From Isurus oxyrinchus (taxonomy: Eukaryota), in the NCBI GenBank assembly GCA_026770705.1, contig JANJGN010000037.1, forward strand, positions 1,178,001 through 1,242,000: a DNA stretch of 64,000 nucleotides, in the 5' to 3' direction. Shown here in pieces: positions 23,965-37,698 of the stretch (positions are counted from its first letter, which is position 1; the number at the start of each line of letters is the position of its first letter). Under the pieces are notes generated by a model. It did no database searches, had not been told where the DNA came from, and worked only from the letters and a program-made list of their open reading frames with translations. Position numbers and translations under genes: made by a program.

Positions 23965-25974
23965 GTGAAACGACGCCTAATAAACCCCCTTCTATACTTT
24001 TTACATCCATGAACCATTGAAATAAATGATCCTCTTGTGTACAGGCACTGAATATTCGGCCAGATATGTAAAGATAGAAATGTAGTTTCTGTCATTAAAG
24101 TAAATGCCCAGCACATCAGATCAGGGACTGTTGTAAACTGACTGATACGAGTCACTTCAACCTAATATCTAACATGTGAAAACTCACCGCAGAAAGACCG
24201 GAACATACAAGCATTTGGTAGCAAAAGGAAAACCCCTCCCAGCCCAGTGGAAGTACCGGAACACAGCTAAAATGTGGTCAATTAAATTAAAACACTGGGG
24301 TTCCCAGCTCTGCTTGTCCTTTCTGTCAAGATTGAAACTGAGTGCAATCAGGCTCGCACGTGAATCCACACGTAAACACTTCCCTCATTTGTTGCATTAG
24401 AATAAATTCAGAGTCTCATGGCACGTAGAAACATTCTTTAAACCACACATTCATTTTCATCACGTGTGTTGAGGTGATGCATTCTCTGCAATGACTTCCC
24501 GGGTGTTCAAACCTGTTCCTGATTTCCGGAACTGCCACCAGCTCGAGCGCGAAAAAAAAGCTGCATTAAGATGGGCTCATCCAGGTCCTCACACATATTA
24601 ACTCATTGGAAAATCCAAAGCGACCAACAAGCCTCCTGCGTAACAACAGCCAGTCAAGGAATCCTTTCATTCTCACACAAAGTGCAGCAATCATAAGCAA
24701 ACGACTTTTCATGCTGGAAATATTTTCGAATGTTTTCGAAACCCCGGGGATGACTCCAACCAGTGGAGAGTTTCCCGCCTTATTTCCTTTGACTTCAGTA
24801 TTGCTGGGGTTCCTTGATGCCACGTTAGGTCAAAAGCTTCTTTGAACTCAAGTGCAGTCACTTGCACCTCACGTCTTGAGTTCGCGGCTTTCTTCATATT
24901 TGGACCAAGACTGCAATGAGGTCAGGAGCTGAGTGACACTGGCAGAAAACAAACGGAGCTTCAGTGAGCGGGTTATGCTGAGTAAGTGTCACTTGATCGC
25001 ACTGTCGAAGACATTTTCCTTCACCTTCTTGATAAACTAGAGAAGACGGATGGGTCGGTTTTTGCCGCTTGGATTTTCCTGTTTACTTTTGTGGACAAGA
25101 CATACCTGAGAAATTTCCCACATTGCCCGGTAGACGCCAGTCTTGTAGCTGTAATGGAACAACTTGGTGAGGAACGAGACTCTTTCTGGAGCACAGGTTT
25201 TCAGTACTGCTGCAGGGATGGTGTCAGGGCTCAAAGCCTTTGCAGTTACCCGTGCCTTCAGCCATTTCTTGATTTCACTTGGAGTGAATGGAGCTGGCTG
25301 AAGACAGACATCTGTGTTGCATTTCCCCAGCTTTGTGCAAAAGCAGAACTGAGGGATTCACATACGTGGCTCTGTGAAAGTCACTAGCTAAGTGGTGAAA
25401 GGTGACAGTGTTTATCACAAATGGGCCCCATTCATTCAGACACAGATTTGGTGCAAAAGTAGCCATGACCAAGTGCCACACACACACACATTTTTCTGAT
25501 TTGCAGTTAGATGTGCTCCCGCTGTGACGCTTACATACTCAGGAGTTGAGAAAGTGTAGGTGCTATCTGGTTGAGGTAATTGAGATGATTAATAGGTTTT
25601 AATGCGGAGAAACGATTTCCTCTGGTGGGGGAATACAGAACAAATGGATATTACCTTAAACTGAGAGTGAAGCTATTTAATAGTGACGTCAGGGAGCAAT
25701 TCACTCAAAGGAGGAAGAACGCTGTTTGTAGGACAATCCCTGTGTAGCGATTGGCCGAGAGCTTATGACAATGAACTGATGCTTCGTTAGTCTTTGCACC
25801 CCCTATTTATCAAGAAAAACTGGAAACCTGGAGGGAACTGAAATGAGGTGATGGCTGTCCTTTGTCATTATGCGATCATGTTCTCTAATGTAAGCTTAGG
25901 ATTGTAGGTATCTGTAAAACTAGCATTCTTAGTTCTCTGGGTCAATTCAGGCATTGAAGAATGCACATTTGTCA

Positions 25975-26047
25975 GCCGAAATAGCTCAGTTGGGAGAGCG
26001 TTAGACTGAAGATTTAAAGGTCCCTGGTTCAATCGTGGGTTTCGGCA
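25975..26047 (+). pseudogene. tRNA-Phe(GAA), unit 6, mutated (C40T, C61G, C62T)
   Basis: ...GAAGATTTAAAGG...GGTTCAATCGTGGG: changes in the anticodon stem and in the T-stem/B-box. Confidence 0.8.
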
Positions 26048-27066
26048 GTAAATGGCAAATCCTATTGCCTGAGCATCACCAGCTGCTGCTTGTGTCATTT
26101 GCTAGCTGATGGTGCCAACTGCTTTTGGGGACACCCAGTCCAGCTTCTGAGGCCCTCCCTCCATATCACACGGAAAGCTTTGTGCCCGCTGGTCCACGTT
26201 CATGGAATAAAGCTCACTTTCACCTTTCTTGAAAAAAAAATGTAAAACCGCTTGTCAACTCAGCTCCCATGAAACTATGCTAACAACTGTGCAACTTTCA
26301 TATGTTCCCAGCTTCTGGTCCCTCAATCGGTCATTGGGAATTTAAATTCCTCCAAATCAGTCTTTTCACCATTTGCAATGGTGCTTTTTAAACGTTAACC
26401 GGGGGACCGTAATTGGAATCCAATTAATCCATTGTTTCCCTCTCGTTTATTATTATTTCTTTGTGTCTGTGTCTCTCAGTGATTAGGTCGAGAAATGAGC
26501 TCGCCTCAGTCATATGGCGGCCGGATCTCATGAGTATAACAAATATTTACCCTTTCCTTTTAACTTCAGATCACAATTTCTCACTGAAACACAAGAATTG
26601 CTGCTTAACCTGCTCCAAGGGCACTTCCATGGCTCACTCAAACTAATAATTTGACCTTTCAGTAAGCTCTTTGTGTGCAGCTGTTTCCTCAGTCACGAAT
26701 ATTGGAATCAGATCCTAGTTTTCTGCATGTTTAATGGGAAGCCCAACATGTCATCGGCTTTACAGAAAGAGTCGACAGTGACCTGGAGTTAAGTTTGTGA
26801 GTTTAGTTTCCGTGCGGAATGGAAGGAGTGCGCTGTTGGTCTAGTCCCACTACTCCACAGGTCGCAACATTGGTTCAAGTATTCATTTCACTCATCAAAA
26901 TGGCCAATTATTTACCTTCACCACTGTTCCCGAGAATAAAAGAGGTTTAAAAGTGGATTATTTCAATAAACAATAAATTTGTTTGTTTATTATAAAGAAG
27001 GTATTTTCGAATAGGAAAATGAAGCTTACGAATGTACAGTGTGAAACTGAAATTACGCGAATTAAT

Positions 27067-27240
27067 NNNNNNNNNNNNNNNNNNNNNNNNNNNNNNNNNN
27101 NNNNNNNNNNNNNNNNNNNNNNNNNNNNNNNNNNNNNNNNNNNNNNNNNNNNNNNNNNNNNNNNNNNNNNNNNNNNNNNNNNNNNNNNNNNNNNNNNNNN
27201 NNNNNNNNNNNNNNNNNNNNNNNNNNNNNNNNNNNNNNNN
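27067..27240. other. N run (174 nt) replacing the (CA)n region of unit 6
   Basis: Same flanks as the first N run. Confidence 0.99.
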
Positions 27241-28470
27241 ACAAACACACGCACACACGCACAATCATAATAGAAAACCATGATATTAAAAAGAGAAAGA
27301 GGGGAAATTAAAGCAAAATGATGGGGATGTTGAAAATCAGCAACAAAAACAGTAAATGCTGGAGAAAATCAGCTGGTCTAACAGCATCTTTGGGGAGAAA
27401 TAAATACAGACTCAACGTTTCGAGTCGTTATGACCCTTCTTTAGAAGGGGGGCAATTTTGCCAAACATTAAACGTCAATGGATCAAGGCAAAGGACAGGG
27501 TGTGCAGTCCTTGAGATGGGGACAGTGTTCTACAGTAGCTCCCTGAGCACTGATCTGAGACAATATCAAGCAGTTGGTCCTTCTCTTCTCAAAGGAAAAA
27601 AAAGACCACTTTTTAAAACACAGTCTCCCAGGTATGTTTTGCTTCAGAACCATGAAATCCATGTGACCCCCTTTGTGCACAGCCCTATCGAGTTGAAATG
27701 TTCACAGCCTGATTTCATCATTGAGTTGTAGGCTTATCTGAAACAACATTCAGACTGGCAGAGCTGGAGGTGGATGCGGGGCCGGAGTCGGGGGGGAGGG
27801 GGGGTTGCAGTGTGGGGTGGGGTAGTGGATGGGGGAGGCAAGGGTGTTAGCCGTTGGGGGGAAGCAGTGAGGGGAGGGGCGTGTTGTGGGGGAGGATGAT
27901 GGTGGGTTGGGTGGGAGGGTTACAGCTTCATATAATTTGACTATTTTTTAGCTGTGTTATAGGAGTTGCAAAAAGTCAGCTTTAATTCAACTTAGTAAAG
28001 AAACTCAGGGGGGGAATTCACGGTCAGGGGAGTTAGGCAGCGCTCACTTCAATTGCTGGTCATCACATGTCTAAGTGGCAGCTTCCCAGGCCAGTAAGAC
28101 TTGGGATGGGGTTACTTTTGACAGAAAGTGTTGAAGTGGCATTTTCTTGTGACAGAACTGATAGCCAAGAATGTGCGGTAAATTAACAGAAAGTCCAACC
28201 AACTCATCCACAAAGTCAAGCTGGTGAAATGAAATGACTGGAAACCTGGTTCTCACCCTGATCACTCGGTTCTCAGACATCTGCAATGTTCTAATGAAGC
28301 TCAGAGTTCGCTGGAGGAACAGAGGCTCATCCTTCAATTAGGAACTTTACAGCCTTCCAGTGTCAACATTCAGCTCAACAATATCGCTCTGTAAAAACTG
28401 CCAACATTCTGATTCCAGGCATAGCTTCTGCAAAATCACTGGAATAAAGCAGAAACAGTTGAGAAATTGG

Positions 28471-28552
28471 TAATAAAGTTGGGACGTGAACCCACGGGTG
28501 CAAAGCACAATGGATCAGCAATTCATCACCTTAACCTCTCAGCCATCTCACT
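28471..28552 (-). pseudogene. tRNA-Ser(GCT) pseudogene, unit 7
   Basis: Copy of 1261-1342. Confidence 0.8.
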
Positions 28553-30577
28553 GTGAAACGACGCCTAATAAACCCCCTTCTATACTTTTTACATCCATGA
28601 ACCGTTGAAATAAATGATCCTCTTGTGTACAGGCACTGAATATTCGGCCAGATATGTAAAGATAGAAATGTATTTTCTGTCATTAAAGTAAATGCCCAGC
28701 ACATCAGATCAGGGACTGTTGTAAACTGACTGATGTGAGTCACTTCAACCTAATATCTAACATGTTTCTACACAATGTGAAAACTCACCGCAGAAAGACC
28801 GGAACATACAAGCATTTGGTAGCAAAAGGAAAACCCCTCCCAGCCCAGTGGAAGTACCAGAACACAGCTAAAATGTGGTCAATTAAATTAAAACACTGGG
28901 GTTCCCAGCTCTGCTTGTCCTTTCTGTCAAGATTGAAACTGAGTGCAATCAGGCTCGCACGTGAATCCACACGTAAACACTTCCCTCATTTGTTGCATTA
29001 GAATAAATTCAGAGTCTCATGGCACGTAGAAACATTCTTTAAACCTCACATTCATTTTCATCACGTGTGTTGAGGTGATGCATTCTCTGCAATGACTTCC
29101 CGGGTGTTCAAACCTGTTCCTGATTTCCGGAACTGCCACCAGCTCGAGCGCGAAAAAAAAGCTGCATTAAGATGGGCTCATCCACGTCCTCACACATATT
29201 AACTCATTGGAAAATCCAAAGCGACCAACAAGCCTCCTGCGTAACAACAGCCAGTCAAGGAATCCTTTCATTCTCACACAAAGTGCAGCAATCATAAGCA
29301 AACGACTTTTCATGCTGGAAATATTTTCGAATGTTTTCGAAACCCCGGGGATGACTCCAACCAGTGGAGAGTTTCCCGCCTTATTTCCTTTAACTTCAGT
29401 ATTGCTGGGGTTCCTTGATGCCACGTTAGGTCAAAAGCTTCTTTGAACTCAAGTACAGTCACTTGCACCTCACGTCTTGAGTTCGCGGCTTTCTTCATAT
29501 TTGGACCAAGACTGCAATGAGGTCAGGAGCTGAGTGACACTGGCAGAAAACAAACTGAGCTTCAGTGAGCGGGTTATGCTGAGTAAGTGTCACTTGATCG
29601 CACTGTCGAAGACATTTTCCCTCACCTTCTTGATAAACTAGAGAAGACGGATGGGTCGGTTTTTGCCGCTTGGATTTTCCTGTTTACTTTTGTGGACAAG
29701 ACATACCTGAGAAATTTCCCACATTGCCCGGTAGACGCCAGTCTTGTAGCTGTAATGGAACAACTTGGTGAGGAACGAGACTATTTCTGGAGCAGAGGTT
29801 TTCAGTACTGCTGCAGGGATGGTGTCAGGGCTCAAAGCCTTTGCAGTTACCCGTGCCTTCAGCCATTTCTTGATTTCACTTGGAGTGAATGGAGCTGGCT
29901 GAAGACAGACATCTGTGTTGCATTTCCCCAGCTTTGTGCAAAAGCAGAACTGAGGGATTCACATACGTGGCTCTGTGAAACTCACTAGCTAAGTGGTGAA
30001 AGGTGACAGTGTTTATCACAAATGGGCTCCATTCATTCAGACACAGATTTGGTGCAAAAGTAGCCATGACCAAGTGCCACACACACACACACATTTTTCT
30101 GATTTGCAGTTAGATGTGCTCCCGCTGTGACGCTTACATACTCAGGAGTTGAGAAAGTGTAGGTGCTATCTGGTTGAGGTAATTGAGATGATTAATAGGT
30201 TTTAATGCGGAGAAACGATTTCCTCTGGTGGGGGAATACAGAACAAATGGATATTACCTTAAACTGAGAGTGAAGCTATTTAATAGTGACGTCAGGGAGC
30301 AATTCACTCAAAGGAGGAAGAACGCTGTTTGTAGGACAATCCCTGTGTAGCGATTGGCCGAGAGCTTATGACAATGAACTGATGCTTCGTTAGTCTTTGC
30401 ACCCCCTATTTATCAAGAAAAACTGGAAACCTCGAGGGAACTGAAATGAGGTGATGGCTGTCCTTTGTCATTATGCGATCATGTTCTCTAATGTAAGCGG
30501 AGGATTGTAGGTATCTGTAAAACTAGCATTCTTCGTTCTCTGGGTCAATTCTGGCATTGAAGAATGCACATTTGTCA

Positions 30578-30650
30578 GCCGAAATAGCTCAGTTGGGAGA
30601 GCGTTAGACTGAAGATCTAAAGGTCCCTGGTTCAATCCCGGGTTTCGGCA
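30578..30650 (+). tRNA. tRNA-Phe(GAA), unit 7, intact
   Basis: Same sequence as 7864-7936. Confidence 0.97.
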
Positions 30651-31687
30651 GTAAATAGCAAATCCTATTGCCTGAGCATCACCAGCTGCTGCTTGTGTCA
30701 TTTGCTAGCTGATGGTGCCAACTGCTTTTGGGGACACCCAGTCCAGCTTCTGAGGCCCTCGCTCCATATCACACGGAAAGCTTTGTGCCCGCTGGTCCAC
30801 GTTCATGGAATAAAGCTCACTTTCACCTTTCTTGAAAAAAAAATGTAAAACCGCTTGTCAACTCAGCTCCCATGAAACTATGCTAACAATTGTGCAGCTT
30901 TCATATGTTCCCAGCTTCTGGTCCCTCAATCGGTCATTGGGAATTTAAATTCCTCCAAATCAGTCTTTTCACCATTTGCAATGGTGCTTTTTAAACGTTA
31001 ACCGGGGGACCGTAATTGGAATCCAATTAATCCATTGTTTCCCTCTTGTTTATTATTATTTCTTTGTGTCTGTGTCTCTCAGTGATTAGGTCGAGAAATG
31101 AGCTCGCCTCAGTCATATGGCGGCCGGATCTCATGAGTATAACAAATATTTACCCTTTCCTTTTAACTTCAGATCACAATTTCTCACTGAAACACAAGAA
31201 TTGCTGCTTAACCTGCTCCAACGGCACTTCCATGGCTCACTCAAACTAATAATTTGACCTTTCAGTAAGCTCTTTGTGTGCAGCTGTTTCCTCAGTCACG
31301 AATATTGGAATCAGATCCTAGTTTTCTGCATGTTTAAAGGGAAGCCCAACATGTCATCGGCTTTACAGAAAGAGTCGACAGTGACCTGGAGTTAAGTTTG
31401 TGAGTTTAGTTTCCGTGCGGAATGGAAGGAGTGCGCTGTTGGTCTAGTCCCACTACTCCACAGGTCGCAACATTGGTTCAAGTATTCATTTCACTCATCA
31501 AAATGGCCAATTATTTACCTTCACCACTGTTCCCGAGAATAAAAGAGGTTTAAAAGTGGATTATTTCAATAAACAATAAATTTGTTTCTTTATTATAAAG
31601 AAGGTATTTTCGAATAGGAAAATGAAGCTTACGAATGTACAGTGTGAAACTGAAATTACGCGAATTAATCTTTCGAGATACTATATG

Positions 31688-31765
<78 letters not shown>

Positions 31766-33020
31766 AGACATACACACCCTCTCCCAATCTCACAAACACA
31801 CGCACACACGCACAATCATAATAGAAAACCATGATATTAAAAAGAGAAAGAGGGGAAATTAAAGCAAAATGATGGGGATGTTGAAAATCAGCAACAAAAA
31901 CAGAAAATGCTGGAGAAAATCAGCTGGTCTAACAGCATCTGTGGGGAGAAATAAATACAGACTCAACGTTTCGAGTCGTTATGACCCTTCTTTAGATGGG
32001 GGCAATTTTGCCAAACATTAAACGTCAATGGATCAAGGCAAAGGACAGGGTGTGCAGTCCTTGAGATGGGGACAGTGTTCTACAGTAGCTCCCTGAGCAC
32101 TGATCTGAGACAATATCAAGCAGTTGGTCCTTCTCTTCTCAAAGGAAAACAAAGACCACTTTTTAAAACACAGTCTCCCAGGTATGTTTTGCTTCAGAAC
32201 CATGAAATCCATGTGACCCCCTTTGTGCACAGCCCTATCGAGTTGAAATGTTCACAGCCTGATTTCATCATTGAGTTGTAGGCTTATCTGAAACAACATT
32301 CAGACTGGCAGAGCTGGAGGTGGATGCGGGGCCGGAGTCGGGGGGGAGGGGGGGTTGCAGTGTGGGGTGGGGTAGTGGATGGGGGAGGCAAGGGTGTTAG
32401 CCGTTGGGGGGAAGCAGTGAGGGGAGGGGCGTGTTGTGGGGGAGGATGATGGTGGGTTGGGTGGGAGGGTTACAGCTTCATATAATTTGACTATTTTTTA
32501 GCTGTGTTATAGGAGTTGCAAAAAGTCAGCTTTAATTCAACTTAGTAAAGAAACTCAGGGGGGGAATTCACGGTCAGGGGAGTTAGGCAGCGCTCACTTC
32601 AATTGCTGGTCATCACATGTCTAAGTGGCAGCTTCCCAGGCCAGTAAGACTTGGGATGGGGTTACTTTTGACAGAAAGTGTTGAAGTGGCATTTTCTTGC
32701 GACAGAACTGATAGCCAAGAATGTGCGGTAAATTAACAGAAAGTCCAACCAACTCATCCACAAAGTCAAGCTGGTGAAATGAAATGACTGGAAACCTGGT
32801 TCTCACCCTGATCACTCGGTTCTCAGACATCTGCAATGTTCTAATGAAGCTCAAAGTTCGCTGGAGGAACAGAGGCTCATCCTTCAATTAGGAACTTTAC
32901 AGCCTTCCAGTGTCAACATTCAGCTCAACAATATCGCACTGTAAAAACTGCCAACATTCTGATTCCAGGCATAGCTTCTGCAAAATCACTGGAATAAAGC
33001 AGAAACAGTTGAGAAAGTAG

Positions 33021-33102
33021 TAATAAAGTTGGGACGTGAACCCACGGGTGCAAAGCACAATGGATCAGCAATTCATCACCTTAACCTCTCAGCCATCTCA
33101 CT
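33021..33102 (-). pseudogene. tRNA-Ser(GCT) pseudogene, unit 8
   Basis: Copy of 1261-1342. Confidence 0.8.
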
Positions 33103-35127
33103 GTGAAACGACGCCTAATAAACCCCCTTCTATACTTTTTACATCCATGAACCGTTGAAATAAATGATCCTCTTGTGTACAGGCACTGAATATTCGGCCA
33201 GATATGGAAAGATAGAAATGTATTTTCTGTCATTAAAGTAAATGCCCAGCACATCAGATCAGGGACTGTTGTAAACTGACTGATGTGAGTCACTTCAACA
33301 TAATATCTAACATGTTTCTACACAATGTGAAAACTCACCGCAGAAAGACCGGAACATACAAGCATTTGGTAGCAAAAAGAAAACCCCTCCCAGCCCACTG
33401 GAAGTACCGGAACACAGCTAAAATGTGGTCAATTAAAATAAAACACTGGGGTTCCCAGCTCTGCTTGTCCTTTCTGTCAAGATTGAAACTGAGTGCAATC
33501 AGGCTTGCACGTGAATCCACACGTAAACACTTCCCTCATTTGTTGCATTAGAATAAATTCAGAGTCTCATGGCACGTAGAAACATTCTTTAAACCTCACA
33601 TTCATTTTCATCACGTGTGTTGAGGTGATGCATTCTCTGCAATGACTTCCCGGGTGTTCAAACCTGTTCCTGATTTCCGGAACTGCCACCAGCTCGAGCG
33701 CGAAGAAAAAGCTGCATTAAGATGGGCTCATCCAGGTCCTCACACATATTAACTCATTGGAAAATCCAAAGCGACCAACAAGCCTCCTGCGTAACAACAG
33801 CCAGTCAAGGAATCCTTTCATTCTCACACAAAGTGCAGCAATCATAAGCAAACGACTTTTCATGCTGGAAATATTTTCGAATGTTTTCAAAACCCCGGGG
33901 ATGACTCCAACCAGTGGAGAGTTTCCCGCCTTATTTCCTTTGACTTCAGTATTGCTGGGGTTCCTTGATGCCACGTTAGGTCAAAAGCTTCTTTGAACTC
34001 AAGTGCAGTCACTTGCACCTCACGTCTTGAGTTCGCGGCTTTCTTCATATTTGGACCAAGACTGCAATGAGGTCAGGAGCTGAGTGACACTGGCAGAAAA
34101 CAAACGGAGCTTCAGTGAGCGGGTTATGCTGAGTAAGTGTCACTTGATCGCACTGTCGAAGACATTTTCCCTCACCTTCTTGATAAACTAGAGAAGACGG
34201 ATGGGTCGGTTTTTGCCGCTTGGATTTTCCTGTTTACTTTTGTGGACAAGACATACCTGAGAAATTTCCCACATTGCCCGGTAGACGCCAGTCTTGTAGC
34301 TGTAATGGAACAACTTGGTGAGGAACGAGACTCTTTCTGGAGCACAGGTTTTCAGTACTGCTGCAGGGATGGTGTCAGGGCTCAAAGCCTTTGCAGTTAC
34401 CCGTGCCTTCAGCCATTTCTTGATTTCACTTGGAGTGAATGGAGCTGGCTGAAGACAGACATCTGTGTTGCATTTCCCCAGCTTTGTGCAAAAGCAGAAC
34501 TGAGGGATTCACATACGTGGCTCTGTGAAACTCACTAGCTAAGTGGTGAAAGGTGACAGTGTTTATCACAAATGGACTCCATTCATTCAGACACAGATTT
34601 GGTGCAAAAGTAGCCATGACCAAGTGCCACACACACACACACATTTTTCTGATTTGCAGTTAGATGTGCTCCCGCTGTGACGCTTACATACTCAGGAGTT
34701 GAGAAAGTGTAGGCGCTTTCTGGTTGAGGTAATTGAGATGATTAATAGGTTTTAATGCGGAGAAACGATTTCCTCTGGTGGGGGAATACAGATCAAATGG
34801 ATATTACCTTAAACTGAGAGTGAAGCTATTTAATAGCTACGTCAGGGAGCAATTCACTCAAAGGAGGAAGAACGCTGTTTGTAGGACAATCCCTGTGTAG
34901 CGATTGGCCGAGAGCTTATGACAATGAACTGATGCTTCGTTAGTCTTTGCACCCCCTATTTATCAAGAAAAACTGGAAACCTGGAGGGAACTGAAACGAG
35001 GTGATGTCTGTCCTTTGTCATTATGCGATCATGTTCTCTAATGTAAGCGGAGGATTGTAGGTATCTGTAAAACTAGCATTCTTCGTTCTCTGGGTCAATT
35101 CTGGCATTGAAGAATGCACATTTGTCA

Positions 35128-35200
35128 GCCGAAATAGCTCAGTTGGGAGAGCGTTAGACTGAAGATCTAAAGGTCCCTGGTTCAATCCCGGGTTTCGGCA
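35128..35200 (+). tRNA. tRNA-Phe(GAA), unit 8, intact
   Basis: Same sequence as 7864-7936. Confidence 0.97.
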
Positions 35201-36218
35201 GTAAATAGCAAATCCTATTGCCTGAGCATCACCAGCTGCTGCTTGTGTTATTTACTAGCTGATGGTGCCAACTGCTTTTGGGGACACCCAGTCCAGCTTC
35301 TGAGGCCCTCGCTCCATAGCACACGGAAAGCTTTGTGCCCGCTGGTCCACGTTCATGGAATAAAGCTCACTTTCACCTTTCTTGAAAAAAAATGTAAAAC
35401 CGCTTGTCAACTCAGCTCCCATGAAACTATGCTAACAACTGTGCAAATTTCATATGTTCCCAGCTTCTGGTCCCTCAATCGGTCATTGGGAATTTAAATT
35501 CCTCCAAATCAGTCTTTTCACCATTTGCAATGGTGCTTTTTAAACGTTAACCGGGGGACCGTAATTGGAATCCAATTAATCCATTGTTTCCCTCTCGTTT
35601 ATTATTATTTCTTTGTGTCTGTGTCTCTCAGTGATTAGGTCGAGAAATGAGCTCGCCTCAGTCATATGGCGGCCGGATCTCATGAGTATAACAAATATTT
35701 ACCCTTTCCTTTTAACTTCAGATCACAATTTCTCACTGAAACACAAGAATTGCTGCTTAACCAGCTCCAAGGGCACTTCCATGGCTCACTCAAACTAATA
35801 ATTTCACCTTTCAGTAAGCTCTTTGTGTGCAGCTGTTTCCTCAGTCACGAATATTGGAATCAGATCCTAGTTTTCTGCATGTTTAATGGGAAGCCCAACA
35901 TGTCATCAGCTTTACAGAAAGAGTCGACAGTGACCTGGAGTTAAGTTTGTGAGTTTAGTTTTCGTGCGGAATGGAAGGAGTGCGCTGTTGGTCTAGTCCC
36001 ACTACTCCACAGGTCGCAACATTGGTTCAAGTATTCATTTCACTCATCAAAATGGCCAATTATTTACCTTCACCACTGTTCCCGAGAATAAAAGAGGTTT
36101 AAAAGTGGATTATTTCAATAAACAATAAATTTGTTTGTTTATTATAAAGAAGGTATTTTCGAATAGGAAAATGAAGCTTACGAATGTACAGTGTGAAACT
36201 GAAATTACGCGAATTAAT

Positions 36219-36386
36219 NNNNNNNNNNNNNNNNNNNNNNNNNNNNNNNNNNNNNNNNNNNNNNNNNNNNNNNNNNNNNNNNNNNNNNNNNNNNNNNNNN
36301 NNNNNNNNNNNNNNNNNNNNNNNNNNNNNNNNNNNNNNNNNNNNNNNNNNNNNNNNNNNNNNNNNNNNNNNNNNNNNNNNNNNNNN
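36219..36386. other. N run (168 nt) replacing the (CA)n region of unit 8
   Basis: Same flanks as the other N runs. Confidence 0.99.
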
Positions 36387-37616
36387 ACAAACACACGCAC
36401 ACACGCACAATCATAATAGAAAACCATGATATTAAAAAGAGAAAGAGGGGAAATTAAAGCAAAATGATGGGGATGTTGAAAATCAGCAACAAAAACAGAA
36501 AATGCTGGAGAAAATCAGCTGGTCTAACAGCATCTGTGGGGAGAAATAAATACAGACTCAACGTTTCGAGTCGTTATGACCCTTCTTTAGAAAGGGGGCA
36601 ATTTTGCCAAACATTAAACGTCAATGGATCAAGGCAAAGGACAGGGTGTGCAGTCCTTGAGATGGGGACAGTGTTCTACAGTAGCTCCCTGAGCACTGAT
36701 CTGAGACAATATCAAGCAGTTGGTCCTTCTCTTCTCAAAGGAAAAAAAAGACCACTTTTTAAAACACAGTCTCCCAGGTATGTTTTGCTTCAGAACCATG
36801 AAATCCATGTGACCCCCTTTGTGCACAGCCCTATCGAGTTGAAATGTTCACAGCCTGATTTCATCATTGAGTTGTAGGCTTATCTGAAACAACATTCAGA
36901 CTGGCAGAGCTGGAGGTGGATGCGGGGCCGGAGTCGGGGGGGAGGGGGTGTTGCAGTGTGGGGTGGGGTAGTGGATGGGGAAGGCAAGGGTGTTAGCCGT
37001 TGGGGGGAAGCAGTGAGGGGAGGGGCGTGTTGTGGGGGAGGATGATGGTGGGTTGGGTGGGAGGGTTACAGCTTCATATAATTTGACTATTTTTTAGCTG
37101 TGTTATAGGAGTTGCAAAAAGTCAGCTTTAATTCAACTTAGTAAAGAAACTCAGGGGGGGAATTAACCGTCAGGGGAGTTAGGCAGCGCTCACTTCAATT
37201 GCTGGTCATCACATGTCTAAGTGGCAGCTTCCCAGGCCAGTAAGACTTGGGATGGGGTTACTTTTGACAGAAAGTGTTGAAGTGGCATTTTCTTGCGACA
37301 GAACTGATAGCCAAGAATGTGCGGTAAATTAACAGAAAGTCCAACCAACTCATCCACAAAGTCAAGCTGGTGAAATGAAATGACTGGAAACCTGGTTCTC
37401 ACCCTGATCACTCGGTTCTCAGACATCTGCAATGTTCTAATGAAGCTCAAAGTTCGCTGGAGGAACAGAGGCTCATCCTTCAATTAGGAACTTTACAGCC
37501 TTCCAGTGTCAACATTCAGCTCAACAATATCGCTCTGTAAAAACTGCCAACATTCTGATTCCAGGCATAGCTTCTGCAAAATCACTGGAATAAAGCAGAA
37601 ACAGTTGAGAAAGTAG

Positions 37617-37698
37617 TAATAAAGTTGGAATTTGAACCCACGGGTGCAAAGCACAATGGATTAGCAAATCATCACCTGAACCTCTCAGCCACCTCACT
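37617..37698 (-). pseudogene. tRNA-Ser(GCT) pseudogene, unit 9 (distinct variant)
   Basis: Minus strand AGTGAGGTGGCTGAGAGGTTCAGGTGATGATTTGCTAATCCATTGTGCTTTGCACCCGTGGGTTCAAATTCCAACTTTATTA retains GCTAA and GGTTCAAAT. Confidence 0.8.
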
